A stretch of 29,767 nt of DNA, taken from IMG/VR virus record IMGVR_UViG_2917855067_000004; one strand, 5' to 3'. Every line of letters begins with the position of its first letter. Position 1 is the stretch's first letter. The notes below the pieces were generated by a model. It made no database searches and was not told where the DNA came from. It worked only from the letters and a program-made list of their open reading frames with translations. This DNA comes from a virus. Its lineage: Duplodnaviria; Heunggongvirae; Uroviricota; Caudoviricetes. Both the position numbers and the translations under genes were made by a program. Below are positions 1-10,049 of this stretch, piece by piece.

Positions 1-213
<213 letters not shown>

Positions 214-253
214 TAACGCATTCACGCCACATCCAAAGCGTGTTATTAAACAA

Positions 254-281
254 GGGGTTAGCGAATTGCTAACCCCTTTTT
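254..281 (+). terminator. Intrinsic terminator on phage-side DNA directly downstream of rplS
   Basis: Perfect 9-bp stem GGGGTTAGC/GCTAACCCC with loop GAATT followed by TTTTT; lies inside the prophage arm, so it is phage-supplied. Confidence 0.6.
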
Positions 282-334
282 GATTGGTGGTGGCGGCAAA
301 TTGGCGGCAGAGATTGACGTGATGGCTACAGATA

Positions 335-357
335 TAAAAAAACCTGCCGAAGCAGGT
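335..357 (-). terminator. Intrinsic terminator downstream of ogr
   Basis: Minus-strand hairpin CCTGC-TTCG-GCAGG followed by a U7 run, immediately after the ogr stop codon. Confidence 0.5.
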
Positions 358-576
358 TCAAAGCCAAAGTTGTTGTTGCTGGTTTCTGACGGGGTGGGGT
401 GGGGCAGGATCAATAGCACCCGGTTTCACGATAAACCTTGATAGCGTCTCAAAAGTGATAAATGTGCAGCCGCAATTGATGTTCTGGCACTGGTGATAAC
501 GTTCTTTCGTTTCGGTGCTAAGGTATCGGCTAGTGCGAGCATGCGCGGCGTTTTGGCATAACGGGCAGTGCATCAT
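358..576 (-). CDS. ogr: Late-gene transcriptional activator Ogr (C4 zinc-finger)
   Basis: 72 aa, MMHCPLCQNAAHARTSRYLSTETKERYHQCQNINCGCTFITFE...; CxxC...CxxC motif and length match P2 Ogr from memory. Confidence 0.9.
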   Translation of the reverse strand: MMHCPLCQNAAHARTSRYLSTETKERYHQCQNINCGCTFITFETLSRFIVKPGAIDPAPPHPVRNQQQQLWL

Positions 577-651
577 AATTTTTCCCCCTGCTGGCGCGTT
601 TGAGGGAATAATAAACTCTAGGGTTGCATTTGCAAGTTATGATTTGCTTTT

Positions 652-1821
652 TCAATTCATATCTTCCTCTGAACTGTACTCCACTTCCGAAAGCTGAACC
701 TCAAGCTCTAGCCCCGTCGTGAAGCCATTATTATTCAGATTGTGAGTTACCTTACTGATTAACCAAGATTGCTCGTCTATGACGCGCTTAAAGCCTGATA
801 CGCGCACTGGCGTCTCGGGAAATAAATCAGCGCGACCGAGCGCCAGCGTAATTGAAAACTCGGCAACACCTCGTTGCAGCTTATCCCACTTAGCCTGAGC
901 GGCGCGCATCGCCTGTGCCTTTGATGCGTAGACCGTCGTCAGCGCCAGCACGTTATCGGCTTCACCGGTCATGTACTCACCCTCGCGCGCTTCCTGCTCT
1001 TTTTTGGCCTTTGTCTTTTTGCTGACCGGCTTTGCTTTCGGGTGTTCCAGTGCGCGCAGGTGTTTCTCTTTTGGCTGGCGTTTCAGCGTAACTTTCTGCT
1101 TTTGCGGCTTCGGGTCTTTAGTGTGCAACCATTTAGCGGTTACGCCGGTATAAGCCCCACGGTCAGCGATAGCAAACTGATGACGGTCACCGTCGCTACG
1201 GGTCAACGTCATTTGCGGAATTGGCTTACCGCTGACCGTCGTCGCGCTCCCCGCTTTCATAAACAGCAGTTTCCCCGCTTTCACTGATACCGCAGCTCCG
1301 TTTCGGTCAGCCAGTCGGGTCAGAAATACCGAGTCGGACTCCTGCGACTGGTCGATATGCGATACTGGGATTTTTTTTAGTGCATCCGCTACGCTGGCCG
1401 TCAGTTTGTTGCGTTTCGCAATGGTGCTGACCAGTTCGTCGAGGGTGGTGTCATGCCATGATTCTTCACGCCTAGAATTGAGCGAACCGCGAAAGTCTGC
1501 ACTGCGTGCCCGGATGGTCAGGGTATCAGGCGCGCCCCGGTGCTCAATCTCATCGACCGTGAAATCACCCTTATTCAGAAGTGCCGAACCCTGCCAGCCA
1601 AGCCACAACGTTAGCACCGCCCCGCGCAGGGGTAATTCGACTTTGCCGTCAGAGTCGTCGAGCTCAATGTCGAGCTGGTCAGCTTCAAAGCCCCGGTTGT
1701 CGGTCATGGTAAGAGAAATCAGCCGGTCACTAAAATTGCTGGTAATGTCCTGGCTGTTCAGCGTCAGCATAAATGCCGGTGCAAGACTGGCACCGGCGTC
1801 AATGGTCATGCCCGTAATCAT
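652..1821 (-). CDS. D: Tail protein D (late control gene D family)
   Basis: 389 aa; MITGMTIDAGASLAPAFMLTLNSQDITSNFSDRLISLTMTDNRGFEADQLDIELDD... closely resembles P2 gpD; position after U matches P2 order. Confidence 0.92.
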   Translation of the reverse strand: MITGMTIDAGASLAPAFMLTLNSQDITSNFSDRLISLTMTDNRGFEADQLDIELDDSDGKVELPLRGAVLTLWLGWQGSALLNKGDFTVDEIEHRGAPDTLTIRARSADFRGSLNSRREESWHDTTLDELVSTIAKRNKLTASVADALKKIPVSHIDQSQESDSVFLTRLADRNGAAVSVKAGKLLFMKAGSATTVSGKPIPQMTLTRSDGDRHQFAIADRGAYTGVTAKWLHTKDPKPQKQKVTLKRQPKEKHLRALEHPKAKPVSKKTKAKKEQEAREGEYMTGEADNVLALTTVYASKAQAMRAAQAKWDKLQRGVAEFSITLALGRADLFPETPVRVSGFKRVIDEQSWLISKVTHNLNNNGFTTGLELEVQLSEVEYSSEEDMN

Positions 1822-2303
1822 GCTGTAAGTCCTCCGAGCGAACCCTGCAGCTTATCGACCACATTTCCGGCAGAGCCGAGAAGCTCACTGGCCTGTTTAT
1901 TCAGGTCGCCAAACATCGCCGTCAGTGATTCGTCGACCCGTTTAAGCGAAAGAGTGAAATCAATCTTTCTGGCTGCACCGTCGCTGAAAAACTCAGTGTG
2001 CGTGGTCGATACTCTGTCGACGATATACATCCCGAGAATGTTGCCGGTTCCCTCTATCAGCGGCCATGCTCTGCCCTCGTTAGCCATCACCTCGACAGCC
2101 TTTAAGGAAATCCAACCGCCGGTAATTGCAGGGTAAAGCGTACCGGCAAGCTGGCGAGATGTTTCCCCCTCACCAAGAAACTGATACGCAGGCGGCTTAC
2201 CGACCCGGTCATTAGATACCCAGCGGTAATCTTTCGAGTGCTGCATCGACTGATAAGGCAGGGTACGGCGTTCAAACACGAACATTCCAAGCGAAAGCAT
2301 CAT
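1818..2303 (-). CDS. U: Tail protein U
   Basis: 161 aa, overlaps D start by 4 nt; position and size match P2 gpU. Confidence 0.85.
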   Translation of the reverse strand: MMLSLGMFVFERRTLPYQSMQHSKDYRWVSNDRVGKPPAYQFLGEGETSRQLAGTLYPAITGGWISLKAVEVMANEGRAWPLIEGTGNILGMYIVDRVSTTHTEFFSDGAARKIDFTLSLKRVDESLTAMFGDLNKQASELLGSAGNVVDKLQGSLGGLTA

Positions 2304-2317
2304 CGTTTTATTCCTCC

Positions 2318-4762
2318 TCAGTAGTCGTGGGTCATACTGGCACGCTGACGGGCGCGTTTATCACGCTCAACCTGTTCGAGCGTGTCACGTAACTGTCGGT
2401 CGAGTTGATGCCCCGGCGCAACGCCACCCGGTAGAGTGATGTTATATTCGCTTTTGCTCTGGTCGATGTAAGAGCGCCCCGCCGGTGCGGTAACGGGCTG
2501 ATAAGCCTGATAGCCGCCATATGTGCTGGTTGCCGGGATGTAGGAATTACCCTGTGTGGCGGCATTGGTTTTGGCTGCGGTCTGGTCGAGACTGTCCGAC
2601 TCTTTGTTGATGATACCGAGCTTTTCGAGAAGCCAGTCGACGCCGCTGCGCAGCTTGTTAAAAACATTGAGCGGAGCCATCAAGGCAGAGGCCAGCGTCT
2701 GACCAAATATGACGCCGACATTTTTGCAGCTATCGAGCGTCTCCTGCGTGGCCTTGACTGGTGCAATCAGGTCTTTAAACCACTGCCAGACGCCACGCAG
2801 CTTCTCGCCGAGGCCGTCAAAGATGGGAGCCAGTGGTGTGAACATTTCCCCGACTGGCGCAAAGGCGCTCATGATGCCCTCAATCACCCCCGAAAAAAAT
2901 GCACTGATGGGCTCCCAATATTTACGGATGAGTAGCGCCCCGGCCACAATCGCCGCACCGACGGCCACAATCGGCCAGGTAATCGCGCCGAGTGCGGTCA
3001 CAATTGCACTGCCAACGACAGTAAAGACCGTACCTAACACGCCAGCAGCGGCGATAATGGCGTTAATTCCCATGACAACCGGCCATGCAACAAGACCAAT
3101 GCCGCCGATGATACCAATCAGAGCAAGTGCGCCACCGGCAATGATGCCGATAGTTGTCGCAAGACCTTTGTTTTTCTGGATCCAGCCGTCGAGCTTTAAC
3201 ACATATTGCGTGGCGGTTTGGGTGAGTTTACGCAGCGAGCCCTCTTGCTGGTCAAAAAGGTCGGTACCGACTGCCTCATAAGCAGACTGGAACTCTTTGA
3301 AGTCGCCGCCGAGGTTATCCTGCATAACCTTGACCAGTTCCTCGGTTTTACCGTCAGAGGCTTTAAACGCGGCGGTGAGCTGGTCGAGTTTGCCGCTTGA
3401 GGCTGCTTCCATTAGTACCGCCGCCGCCGAGCTGGCCTCCTCGCCAAAAATGGTTTTCATGTACTCGCCGCGCTGGCTTGTCCCGAGGTTGTTTTTCTCA
3501 AAGCTGCGCTGCATTTCTTTCAGGATGGAGAATATCGGGCGCGTGTTCCCCTTGCTGTCGGACGTTTTGACGCCGAGCTCCTTAATGGCCTCAAACGCTT
3601 TTCCGGTGGGAGCCTGCAGGCGACTTAGAATGGCGCGGCTACCTGTGCCCGCCATTGACCCGGTGATTTTGGCGTCGTGCAGCGCCCCGACCATTGCGGC
3701 GGTTTGCTCGATGCTCACCCCGGCATTTTTTGCCACCGGCGCGGCATAGGTCAGAGCGTCGCTCAGTCCGTCAAAATCGGCGGCGGTTTTGTTCATCGTC
3801 ATCGAGAGAACGTCGCCAATATGCGCAATCTTGTCGTTTGAAAGCTGAAACGCTGATTTCATCCCTGTCAGCAGCGCAGCGTTTTCTTCCATCGTTCGCC
3901 GGTTTGACAGTGCCATATTCAGCGTGACCGGTGTCGCCGCCTGAATGGCAGCAGCGTCACCACCGCTTTTCGCAATGATGATTTGCGCGCTCGCTGCGTC
4001 ATCTGCAGAGGCGGCAGTATTGTCGCCGAGCTGGCGCGCCTGTTTGCGTAGCGCCTGCATTTCTGGCGACTGCTTATCGACCCCGAGCACGGCCTGCAGT
4101 TCGGAATTTTTCTGCGCAAAGTCATAACCGGGCATCAGTAATTTAACCCCGGCCATCGTTCCCGCTGTCGCGATACCGACCCCGGCGGCACCTGCAGCGG
4201 CCATGTTACCGGCAAGCTCCTTGCCTGATTTATATCGCTCTTTCACCCGGACTAATTTCGCCTGCTGTGCACTGACGCGCGCCAGTGCCTCGCGCTGGCG
4301 GTTAAGCTGCGCCGTCGTTTCACTTATGCGACTTTTTAATCCTCGCTCGTCATTGGCAAGGTTGCGGGTATTAATTCCCGCCGCACCCAGCTCGCGTTGC
4401 TGACGTTTTATCGACTCGGTAAGGCTGCTGTATTTAACCTGCAGACCATCAGCTGCACGCTTTGCCGATTCAAGCACCTGCGCCTGCGCACGAGTTGGTC
4501 GCTCGGTGTTTTTAAATTGGGTAGCAAGCTCCTCGGCTTCACGCTTCGCTTTTTCAAGCGACTGTCCCGTTACGGCCAGTTGTGCACTGGCCTTACGAAA
4601 GCCGTCAATTTTTGCTGCTTGCCCGTTAAGGTCACGCAGCCCTTTTTGTGTGTCGCGAATATCCGCCGTCAGGGCTTTACTCTCAGCCTGAATGGATTTA
4701 AGCGGTCGGGTCGCCTGGTCGACCGCTTTCAGCAAAACCTCAAGCCTCAGGTTATTACTCAT
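2318..4762 (-). CDS. T: Tail tape measure protein T
   Basis: 814 aa, coiled-coil N-terminal part and Gly/Ala-rich hydrophobic segments; size matches P2 gpT; start ATG at 4760-4762. Confidence 0.92.
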   Translation of the reverse strand: MSNNLRLEVLLKAVDQATRPLKSIQAESKALTADIRDTQKGLRDLNGQAAKIDGFRKASAQLAVTGQSLEKAKREAEELATQFKNTERPTRAQAQVLESAKRAADGLQVKYSSLTESIKRQQRELGAAGINTRNLANDERGLKSRISETTAQLNRQREALARVSAQQAKLVRVKERYKSGKELAGNMAAAGAAGVGIATAGTMAGVKLLMPGYDFAQKNSELQAVLGVDKQSPEMQALRKQARQLGDNTAASADDAASAQIIIAKSGGDAAAIQAATPVTLNMALSNRRTMEENAALLTGMKSAFQLSNDKIAHIGDVLSMTMNKTAADFDGLSDALTYAAPVAKNAGVSIEQTAAMVGALHDAKITGSMAGTGSRAILSRLQAPTGKAFEAIKELGVKTSDSKGNTRPIFSILKEMQRSFEKNNLGTSQRGEYMKTIFGEEASSAAAVLMEAASSGKLDQLTAAFKASDGKTEELVKVMQDNLGGDFKEFQSAYEAVGTDLFDQQEGSLRKLTQTATQYVLKLDGWIQKNKGLATTIGIIAGGALALIGIIGGIGLVAWPVVMGINAIIAAAGVLGTVFTVVGSAIVTALGAITWPIVAVGAAIVAGALLIRKYWEPISAFFSGVIEGIMSAFAPVGEMFTPLAPIFDGLGEKLRGVWQWFKDLIAPVKATQETLDSCKNVGVIFGQTLASALMAPLNVFNKLRSGVDWLLEKLGIINKESDSLDQTAAKTNAATQGNSYIPATSTYGGYQAYQPVTAPAGRSYIDQSKSEYNITLPGGVAPGHQLDRQLRDTLEQVERDKRARQRASMTHDY

Positions 4763-5242
4763 TGTGGTTTCCGCTACGCTGCAGCGCCTTTTCGCGCCAT
4801 GTGATGAGCTCGGTCAGGCTCAGGGAATAGAGCTCTGATGGCGACCAGTGGAATATCACCGCAATATCCGCCATCAGGTCATCGGTCGACAGGTCGGGCG
4901 GGAAATCTATTCCGCCGAAGCCGGTGACAAAAAACCAATCACCTTAGCGGCCAGCGACAGCATATCGGGCAGGTTCATCGCGGTAAGCTCCTGCGCCGTG
5001 AGGGCGGGATAGGTCATGCGGGGCAGCACTTTAATCAGCGCATCGACTTCGGACTGCGCCACCGCTGCCAGACTGACACCGCGCAGGGTACCGGCGTTCG
5101 GCTCAATCAGTGTGACTTTATCAATCGTCTGACCGGCACGCTTAATCGGCTTGTCGAGAGTCACGACGTTCGGGTTTACGGTGTCTATTTCATTGCCAGC
5201 CGTATCTACAAATTCAGCGGTTTTACGTGGTACTTTTGCCAT
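4755..5242 (-). CDS. Tail assembly chaperone E+E' (-1 programmed frameshift product)
   Basis: Minus-strand T_TTT_TTG heptamer (plus coords 4928-4934) in phase with E; the -1 frame stays open to a TAA at 4755-4757, overlapping the T start, as in P2 E/E'. Confidence 0.7.
4907..5242 (-). CDS. E: Tail assembly chaperone E (zero-frame product)
   Basis: 111-aa ORF directly upstream of T; contains the slippery heptamer near its 3' end. Confidence 0.8.
   Translation of the reverse strand: MAKVPRKTAEFVDTAGNEIDTVNPNVVTLDKPIKRAGQTIDKVTLIEPNAGTLRGVSLAAVAQSEVDALIKVLPRMTYPALTAQELTAMNLPDMLSLAAKVIGFLSPASAE
4928..4934 (-). other. Slippery heptamer T_TTT_TTG for the E/E' -1 ribosomal frameshift
   Basis: Heptamer read directly in the E reading frame. 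Confidence 0.7.
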
Positions 5243-5305
5243 GATGTTTTTCTCTGCTCTGAAAGGGAATTAATAACCGGCCAGCAACACTGACCGGTCA
5301 GGGAT

Positions 5306-5824
5306 TTACAGCCCGATTGCGCGGCGGTGCTGTTCCAGACGGTCGACGCCGTTCACCTTCTCGACCATGTTGACGGTGTCGATTTCGATGACGTCGCTAC
5401 CATCAATTGTGAGGCGGTAATAGGTGCAAACGGTCGACAGTTTGGTCGAGGTGTTTTCACCCTGCTTATTCTCGCCGCCGTCGATTTCTTTATGACGGCC
5501 ACGCATGACCACCTCGACCGCGATGATTTCGCCAGTGTCGTCGCGTTGGTAAGAGCCAGCAAAACGCAGCGGCACGGCGTCAGCACCCGGCGCAGCGTAT
5601 TGCGCCCACAGCGTCACATCGGGCAGGCCACCGACAGACCATTCGACGGTTAACGCATCATCGTCGAGACCGAGGTCAATCGCCGCCGCGCCATTCATAC
5701 CACCGCCGCGATAGTTTTCGAGCTTGCGGGTCAGCTTCGGCAGCGTCACGGATTCAACAACGCCCATGTAGCTGAGGCCATCGTTGAACATGTTCAGATA
5801 TTTGAGTTTGCGGGGTAGTGCCAT
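5306..5824 (-). CDS. FII: Tail tube protein FII
   Basis: 172 aa; position between E and FI and size match P2 gpFII. Confidence 0.9.
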   Translation of the reverse strand: MALPRKLKYLNMFNDGLSYMGVVESVTLPKLTRKLENYRGGGMNGAAAIDLGLDDDALTVEWSVGGLPDVTLWAQYAAPGADAVPLRFAGSYQRDDTGEIIAVEVVMRGRHKEIDGGENKQGENTSTKLSTVCTYYRLTIDGSDVIEIDTVNMVEKVNGVDRLEQHRRAIGL

Positions 5825-5839
5825 GTTGTTTCAGGCTCC

Positions 5840-7018
5840 TTAGCTGTTGACCGATTCGGCCAGATTCACCAGATATTTATCGGTGATTCGCTGGCGCAGG
5901 GTCAGGCTTTCCAGTGGTGGAACCGGCGTATAGTCGTAGTCGATATACAGTTTCCCGGCCTTGAGGGTTTCCTTATCGTTCGATTCCTCGTCGAACCAGC
6001 ATTCACCGTCCACGATGTAGCCATTTGATTTCAGCTCGCGGAATTTGGCGTTAATGCCGTCGACAATGTCACGGATAAGCGATGCGGTGATGGGCTTATC
6101 GACCGCCCACATGTGCGCCTCTGCCATCGTGTCGGCCAGAACCTGCGCGGTGCGGGTGTAGTTCTCAAACAGGAAAAGCGGGTCATCAGAGCAGGTGCGG
6201 TTACCCCAGAAGCGGAAACCATCCTTGCGCACCAGCGTTGTGACCCCGGCCTCGTTGAGCAGGTCAGCATCGGTACCGGATGCCTGCAAATCCCAAAAGA
6301 CTGACGCACTGATGCCGGTGACACCCTGCACGCCGACGTTAGACAGGGTTTTGTGCCAGCCGACGGTTTGGTCGATGTAGGCACGCAGACCGAGTGCGCG
6401 AGCGGTGGCGTAGGCCGTTGCGGTGGCGTTCGCGGTGGTGTCCCATGCGAGGAAGTCAGGCCAGATAACCATCAGTTCGCGCTGACTGAAATTCTCGCGA
6501 TAGGCCATCGCTTCGGAAATGGTCTTACAGCCCCATGCGCTGACATAGCCAAACGCGCGCAGGTTGATACAGACCGAAGCAAGTGCGACTGCAACCTCTT
6601 TGGTATCGAGACCCGGTACGCCTAGAATGCGCGGCTTAACGCCGGTTACCGCTTCGGCAGTTAACAGCGCTTTTATACCGGTGTATTTACCGTTCTCATC
6701 CGTGCCGCCGATAATGTTAGAAATAGTCTGTGCTTCGGCGTCATCGCCAGAGCCTTCGGCAACGCGCACGACAACGGTGACAGGTTTTGACTGGTCGGCG
6801 ATGGCCTGCAGGGACGCGGCCAGCGTGCCTTTTTTTCCGGCTTTCGCAATGGCGCTCTGCACATTGGTAATCAGTACCGGCTCGTTGAGGGGAAAGGTTG
6901 CCGCATCCGCATCGCTGGCCGTGCAGACCATGCCGATGATTGCGGTTGCAACAGTGGATATGACGCGGGTGCCGTCGTTAATCTCAAGCACCTGCACGCC
7001 GTGGTGAAAATCACTCAT
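5840..7018 (-). CDS. FI: Contractile tail sheath protein FI
   Basis: 392 aa; size and position match P2 gpFI. Confidence 0.93.
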   Translation of the reverse strand: MSDFHHGVQVLEINDGTRVISTVATAIIGMVCTASDADAATFPLNEPVLITNVQSAIAKAGKKGTLAASLQAIADQSKPVTVVVRVAEGSGDDAEAQTISNIIGGTDENGKYTGIKALLTAEAVTGVKPRILGVPGLDTKEVAVALASVCINLRAFGYVSAWGCKTISEAMAYRENFSQRELMVIWPDFLAWDTTANATATAYATARALGLRAYIDQTVGWHKTLSNVGVQGVTGISASVFWDLQASGTDADLLNEAGVTTLVRKDGFRFWGNRTCSDDPLFLFENYTRTAQVLADTMAEAHMWAVDKPITASLIRDIVDGINAKFRELKSNGYIVDGECWFDEESNDKETLKAGKLYIDYDYTPVPPLESLTLRQRITDKYLVNLAESVNS

Positions 7019-7120
7019 CCGGTTAACTCCGTGGTTAGTGGGCGAGTGTTATTGTCCTGGCTGGTCTAGTGAGGGGCTATTTGTCGGCGATGGCTAGGCG
7101 ATGGCACATAAACAAATCAT

Positions 7121-7143
7121 AAAAAAAGACGGGCATCAGCCCG
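7121..7143 (-). terminator. Intrinsic terminator after the tail-fibre genes (between G and FI)
   Basis: Minus-strand hairpin CGGGC-UGAU-GCCCG followed by U7. Confidence 0.45.
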
Positions 7144-7149
7144 CCTGCA

Positions 7150-7572
7150 TTACTCCGGTTTAACCGGCCACTCGATATCCGGTGCCGTGGAAGTGTCGAC
7201 TGCGTTCAGCGCCTGAATGTATTTCATCCACGCAATGAGGCTTGCTTTGTCAGCATCGCTGATGATGCCGAGCTGCAGCTCAGTCTGCCACAGGCTTATG
7301 TGCTCTTTTGCAGAAAACAATAATTCGCTGCGCTTTGCTTCGACCTGTGCAATCAGTTGCGCTTCTGTAAGCGGAGGAATATCTATCCAGCACGGATAAC
7401 CTTTTTTATCATTACTTCTAATTTTCCCATCAGGAGGCACCCCACTGAACACCTCAAAAACCCCCTCATCAACGTCAACGCCACTTTCCGGCCAGACATC
7501 TTCTTTCAAATAATCATCTTTCAATGTCCACGGATAAAAAGCATTTGTTGCTGCGCTATATCTGTATTTCAT
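7150..7572 (-). CDS. G: Tail fibre assembly protein G
   Basis: ORF downstream of H; start placed at ATG 7570-7572 (MKYRYSAATNAFYPW...), 2 nt after the H stop and with a GGGG Shine-Dalgarno; the track's longer 7629 start overlaps H. Confidence 0.7.
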   Translation of the reverse strand: MKYRYSAATNAFYPWTLKDDYLKEDVWPESGVDVDEGVFEVFSGVPPDGKIRSNDKKGYPCWIDIPPLTEAQLIAQVEAKRSELLFSAKEHISLWQTELQLGIISDADKASLIAWMKYIQALNAVDTSTAPDIEWPVKPE

Positions 7573-7574
7573 CG

Positions 7575-8537
7575 TCAATACCCCACTGCAATATACGAGA
7601 GGTTGAATCCTCCGGCACCACTCATCCACGCCTGAAACCCTGTTCGGGTTTGTGAGGCGGTAACCACACCATAAGACATAGCTGTACTCGGTACCGCGCC
7701 ACCGGTAGTAACATCTGACCAGGTTAGGTTAACCACAGCACCTGAAGCAAACGCTACCGGGAATGTTGCACTGGATAAATTCGACCCAATTCCAAATCCA
7801 AGTGAGCCTTTTTGAATAATTAACCCGCCAACAGTTTTAACCCAGTTAGCCCCATAACTCTGATAGCTCATGTCAGGAATTTGCCCCTGACCAACACCAA
7901 CATTTTTCGTTGAGGCCGTTCCTAAACCGAGGTTTTTAATGACTTCTGTCGTTAATCCTGCGTCGGCTATTTCTTTAAGTGCATTTGCGATGAGCAAATA
8001 CTGCTTATGCGGATTCGCGGTAGCAACGTGGTTTTTCATCAGGTCATCAGCATAGGCTTTCACCTCGATAATCTTGTCGTCAACATACTGACGCGTTGCC
8101 AGCACGACCGACGGGTCGATTTTCAGGGTGATGGCCGATGTGCTCGACACAATCAGAATCATGCGAATGGTCTGTGTGCGGCCGCTTCCCTCCTGCAATT
8201 GCGGCTTGTAGGTCTCCGGGCAGTTCGCCACGGCAATCAGAATGCCGTCGTCATCGTAGAGACCAATCTCGCGGATCCAGAAACCGCCCTCATTCTCGGG
8301 AATAATCTGTTCCGCGATAATCTGGTTGGTATTGGCCGGGTCAACGGTCAGCAGGTTCAGTGGCGCGATGCGCTTTTGGTTAATGAGCTTCGTCTGCGCC
8401 GGGTCAGGGGTCGGCAGCGTACCATTCGCATCACCGACGGCCATCTGCGTCAGGTTGAGTCTGGTACCGAGAGCCGCCGCGTTCGCCAGCCGCGCCGCGC
8501 CCTGATTGGTCAGAATGGCAAAATATTTTGCGGTCAT
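7575..8537 (-). CDS. H: Tail fibre protein H (short form, 320 aa)
   Basis: N-terminal ~150 aa (…MAVGDANGTLPTPDPAQTKLINQ…GGFWIREIGLYDDDGILIAVANCPETYKPQLQEGSGRTQTIRMILIVS…) resembles the conserved P2 gpH N-domain; the C-terminal part differs. Confidence 0.8.
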   Translation of the reverse strand: MTAKYFAILTNQGAARLANAAALGTRLNLTQMAVGDANGTLPTPDPAQTKLINQKRIAPLNLLTVDPANTNQIIAEQIIPENEGGFWIREIGLYDDDGILIAVANCPETYKPQLQEGSGRTQTIRMILIVSSTSAITLKIDPSVVLATRQYVDDKIIEVKAYADDLMKNHVATANPHKQYLLIANALKEIADAGLTTEVIKNLGLGTASTKNVGVGQGQIPDMSYQSYGANWVKTVGGLIIQKGSLGFGIGSNLSSATFPVAFASGAVVNLTWSDVTTGGAVPSTAMSYGVVTASQTRTGFQAWMSGAGGFNLSYIAVGY

Positions 8538-9142
8538 GCGTTCACTCTCAGGTTATCAATCAAATGGATGGCCGAGGCCGGGTAATATTCACCGCCGACG
8601 ACAATTTCCTCGGGGGTGTAGGGGTAAACGGTCAGCGCGTCGCCGTCGTAGCATCCCGCGCCGACGTACAGCTCGCCGGTTGCACTCAGACTGATAGCCA
8701 GCCCCGTCAGGTGACGACTTGCCGGTTTGGCGTCTTCAATCAGGCGCTCAAGTTCCTGATACATTTCGTCAGTGATGCCGCTGTCGAGCACACCGACAAC
8801 GAGACGGAATGTTCCAGGCTCCTCATTGAGTTGCCACCATTCGCGCACCTCAATCAGAAAGCCGAGCGGCTCGACCACCCGACGTAATGCGCTGATGGTG
8901 CCTTTGTGCTGATGGACGAAAAACGAGGATGCGCAGACGCTGCGCTTTGTCGCCTCCGGCCACTTTTCATCCCACCGGTCGACCGATAGCGCCCACGCCA
9001 GATACGGCAGCAGGTTTACCGGGCAGGTACGCCAGTTCCACAGGGTGCGCAACGGTACCGGTACGCGCTGAATCTCAGAGAGTGCAGTAGCGGCGGCAAC
9101 TTCCAGCGGCGACGAGCCAACGGGTAACAGCCGGTCACTCAT
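8534..9142 (-). CDS. I: Baseplate protein I
   Basis: 202 aa, position between J and H; stop overlaps the H start (ATGA). Confidence 0.85.
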   Translation of the reverse strand: MSDRLLPVGSSPLEVAAATALSEIQRVPVPLRTLWNWRTCPVNLLPYLAWALSVDRWDEKWPEATKRSVCASSFFVHQHKGTISALRRVVEPLGFLIEVREWWQLNEEPGTFRLVVGVLDSGITDEMYQELERLIEDAKPASRHLTGLAISLSATGELYVGAGCYDGDALTVYPYTPEEIVVGGEYYPASAIHLIDNLRVNA

Positions 9143-10043
9143 CCGAGCCCCCGATAGTTATCTGATACTCGGTGCAGTTCGACGCCTGCGACTTACTCAG
9201 CACAATATCGGCCTGCGGTGATGCCAGCTCGACACGCTGCACCCCCTCAACATGCAGCGCCGCGTAAATGGCCGACAGACGGATATCACGCCCGAGGCGG
9301 TGCTGTGCGCTGATGTAGCTCTGCAGCTTTTGCTCTGATGCCTGCCTGATGGGCTCAGACTCGGGGCCGGGGTATACGTAGAGCATCGCGTCAATCTGGT
9401 ACGGCACAATCTCGGCTGACTGGACAGTAACCCGGTCGGCCACCGGGCGCACATCTTCGGCATTCAGCGCTTTATCAACAATCGCCAGTAAATCAGGACT
9501 GGCGGTGCCGTCACCCTCGCGTGATAACACGGTAATTGTCACGCAGGCTGGCGAAGGGCTGGCGACCGACACGTCAGCGACCCGCCCGTCGGCGCTGCGG
9601 CCGTGATACTCGTATGCGCCTACCGGACCCGCTACACTTAACCCCTCAAACGCCTGTTGTGTGCGCAGACGCAGGTCGGTATCAGACTCCATAACGGCAG
9701 GCGTCGGCGGGATGGTGGTGTCATCCGCCGGGGTGATGGTCAGGCGTTCGGTATTGTTGTTCCCGGCCACGACGTCGAGGTCGTTATCGGCGGAATAGGC
9801 CAGCGTCACCGCCTGCGCAGCTTCGTTCACCCGCTGACGCCAGATAACTTCACGGTAGGCGTTTTCCTGCAGCAGTTTAACAATCGGCTCCGACTCAAGT
9901 GCCAGTGTCCGGGCAATGGCCTCCTGCTGGTCTTCGGGATAGAGCGAAATCAGCGTCGCAATGCGCTCCGCAAGGATGGTTTCATAGTCCAGTTCCTCAA
10001 CCACGTCGGGAACGGGTAACTGACTCAGGTCAACGGTTGCCAT
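9135..10043 (-). CDS. J: Baseplate protein J
   Basis: 302 aa, same size as P2 gpJ; position matches. Confidence 0.9.
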   Translation of the reverse strand: MATVDLSQLPVPDVVEELDYETILAERIATLISLYPEDQQEAIARTLALESEPIVKLLQENAYREVIWRQRVNEAAQAVTLAYSADNDLDVVAGNNNTERLTITPADDTTIPPTPAVMESDTDLRLRTQQAFEGLSVAGPVGAYEYHGRSADGRVADVSVASPSPACVTITVLSREGDGTASPDLLAIVDKALNAEDVRPVADRVTVQSAEIVPYQIDAMLYVYPGPESEPIRQASEQKLQSYISAQHRLGRDIRLSAIYAALHVEGVQRVELASPQADIVLSKSQASNCTEYQITIGGSDE

Positions 10044-10049
10044 AGTGAT

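Noticed and set aside
214-357. A tRNA gene at the integration site
   Set aside because: No cloverleaf-compatible sequence or CCA/T-loop motifs were seen at either junction; the target is the 3' end of a protein-coding gene.
2709-4804. Several plus-strand ORFs of 60-190 aa inside the tape measure gene
   Set aside because: They are antisense to a well-supported 814-aa gene and their translations are low-complexity (Ala/Ser/Pro/Arg-rich), typical of spurious ORFs in GC-rich antisense sequence.
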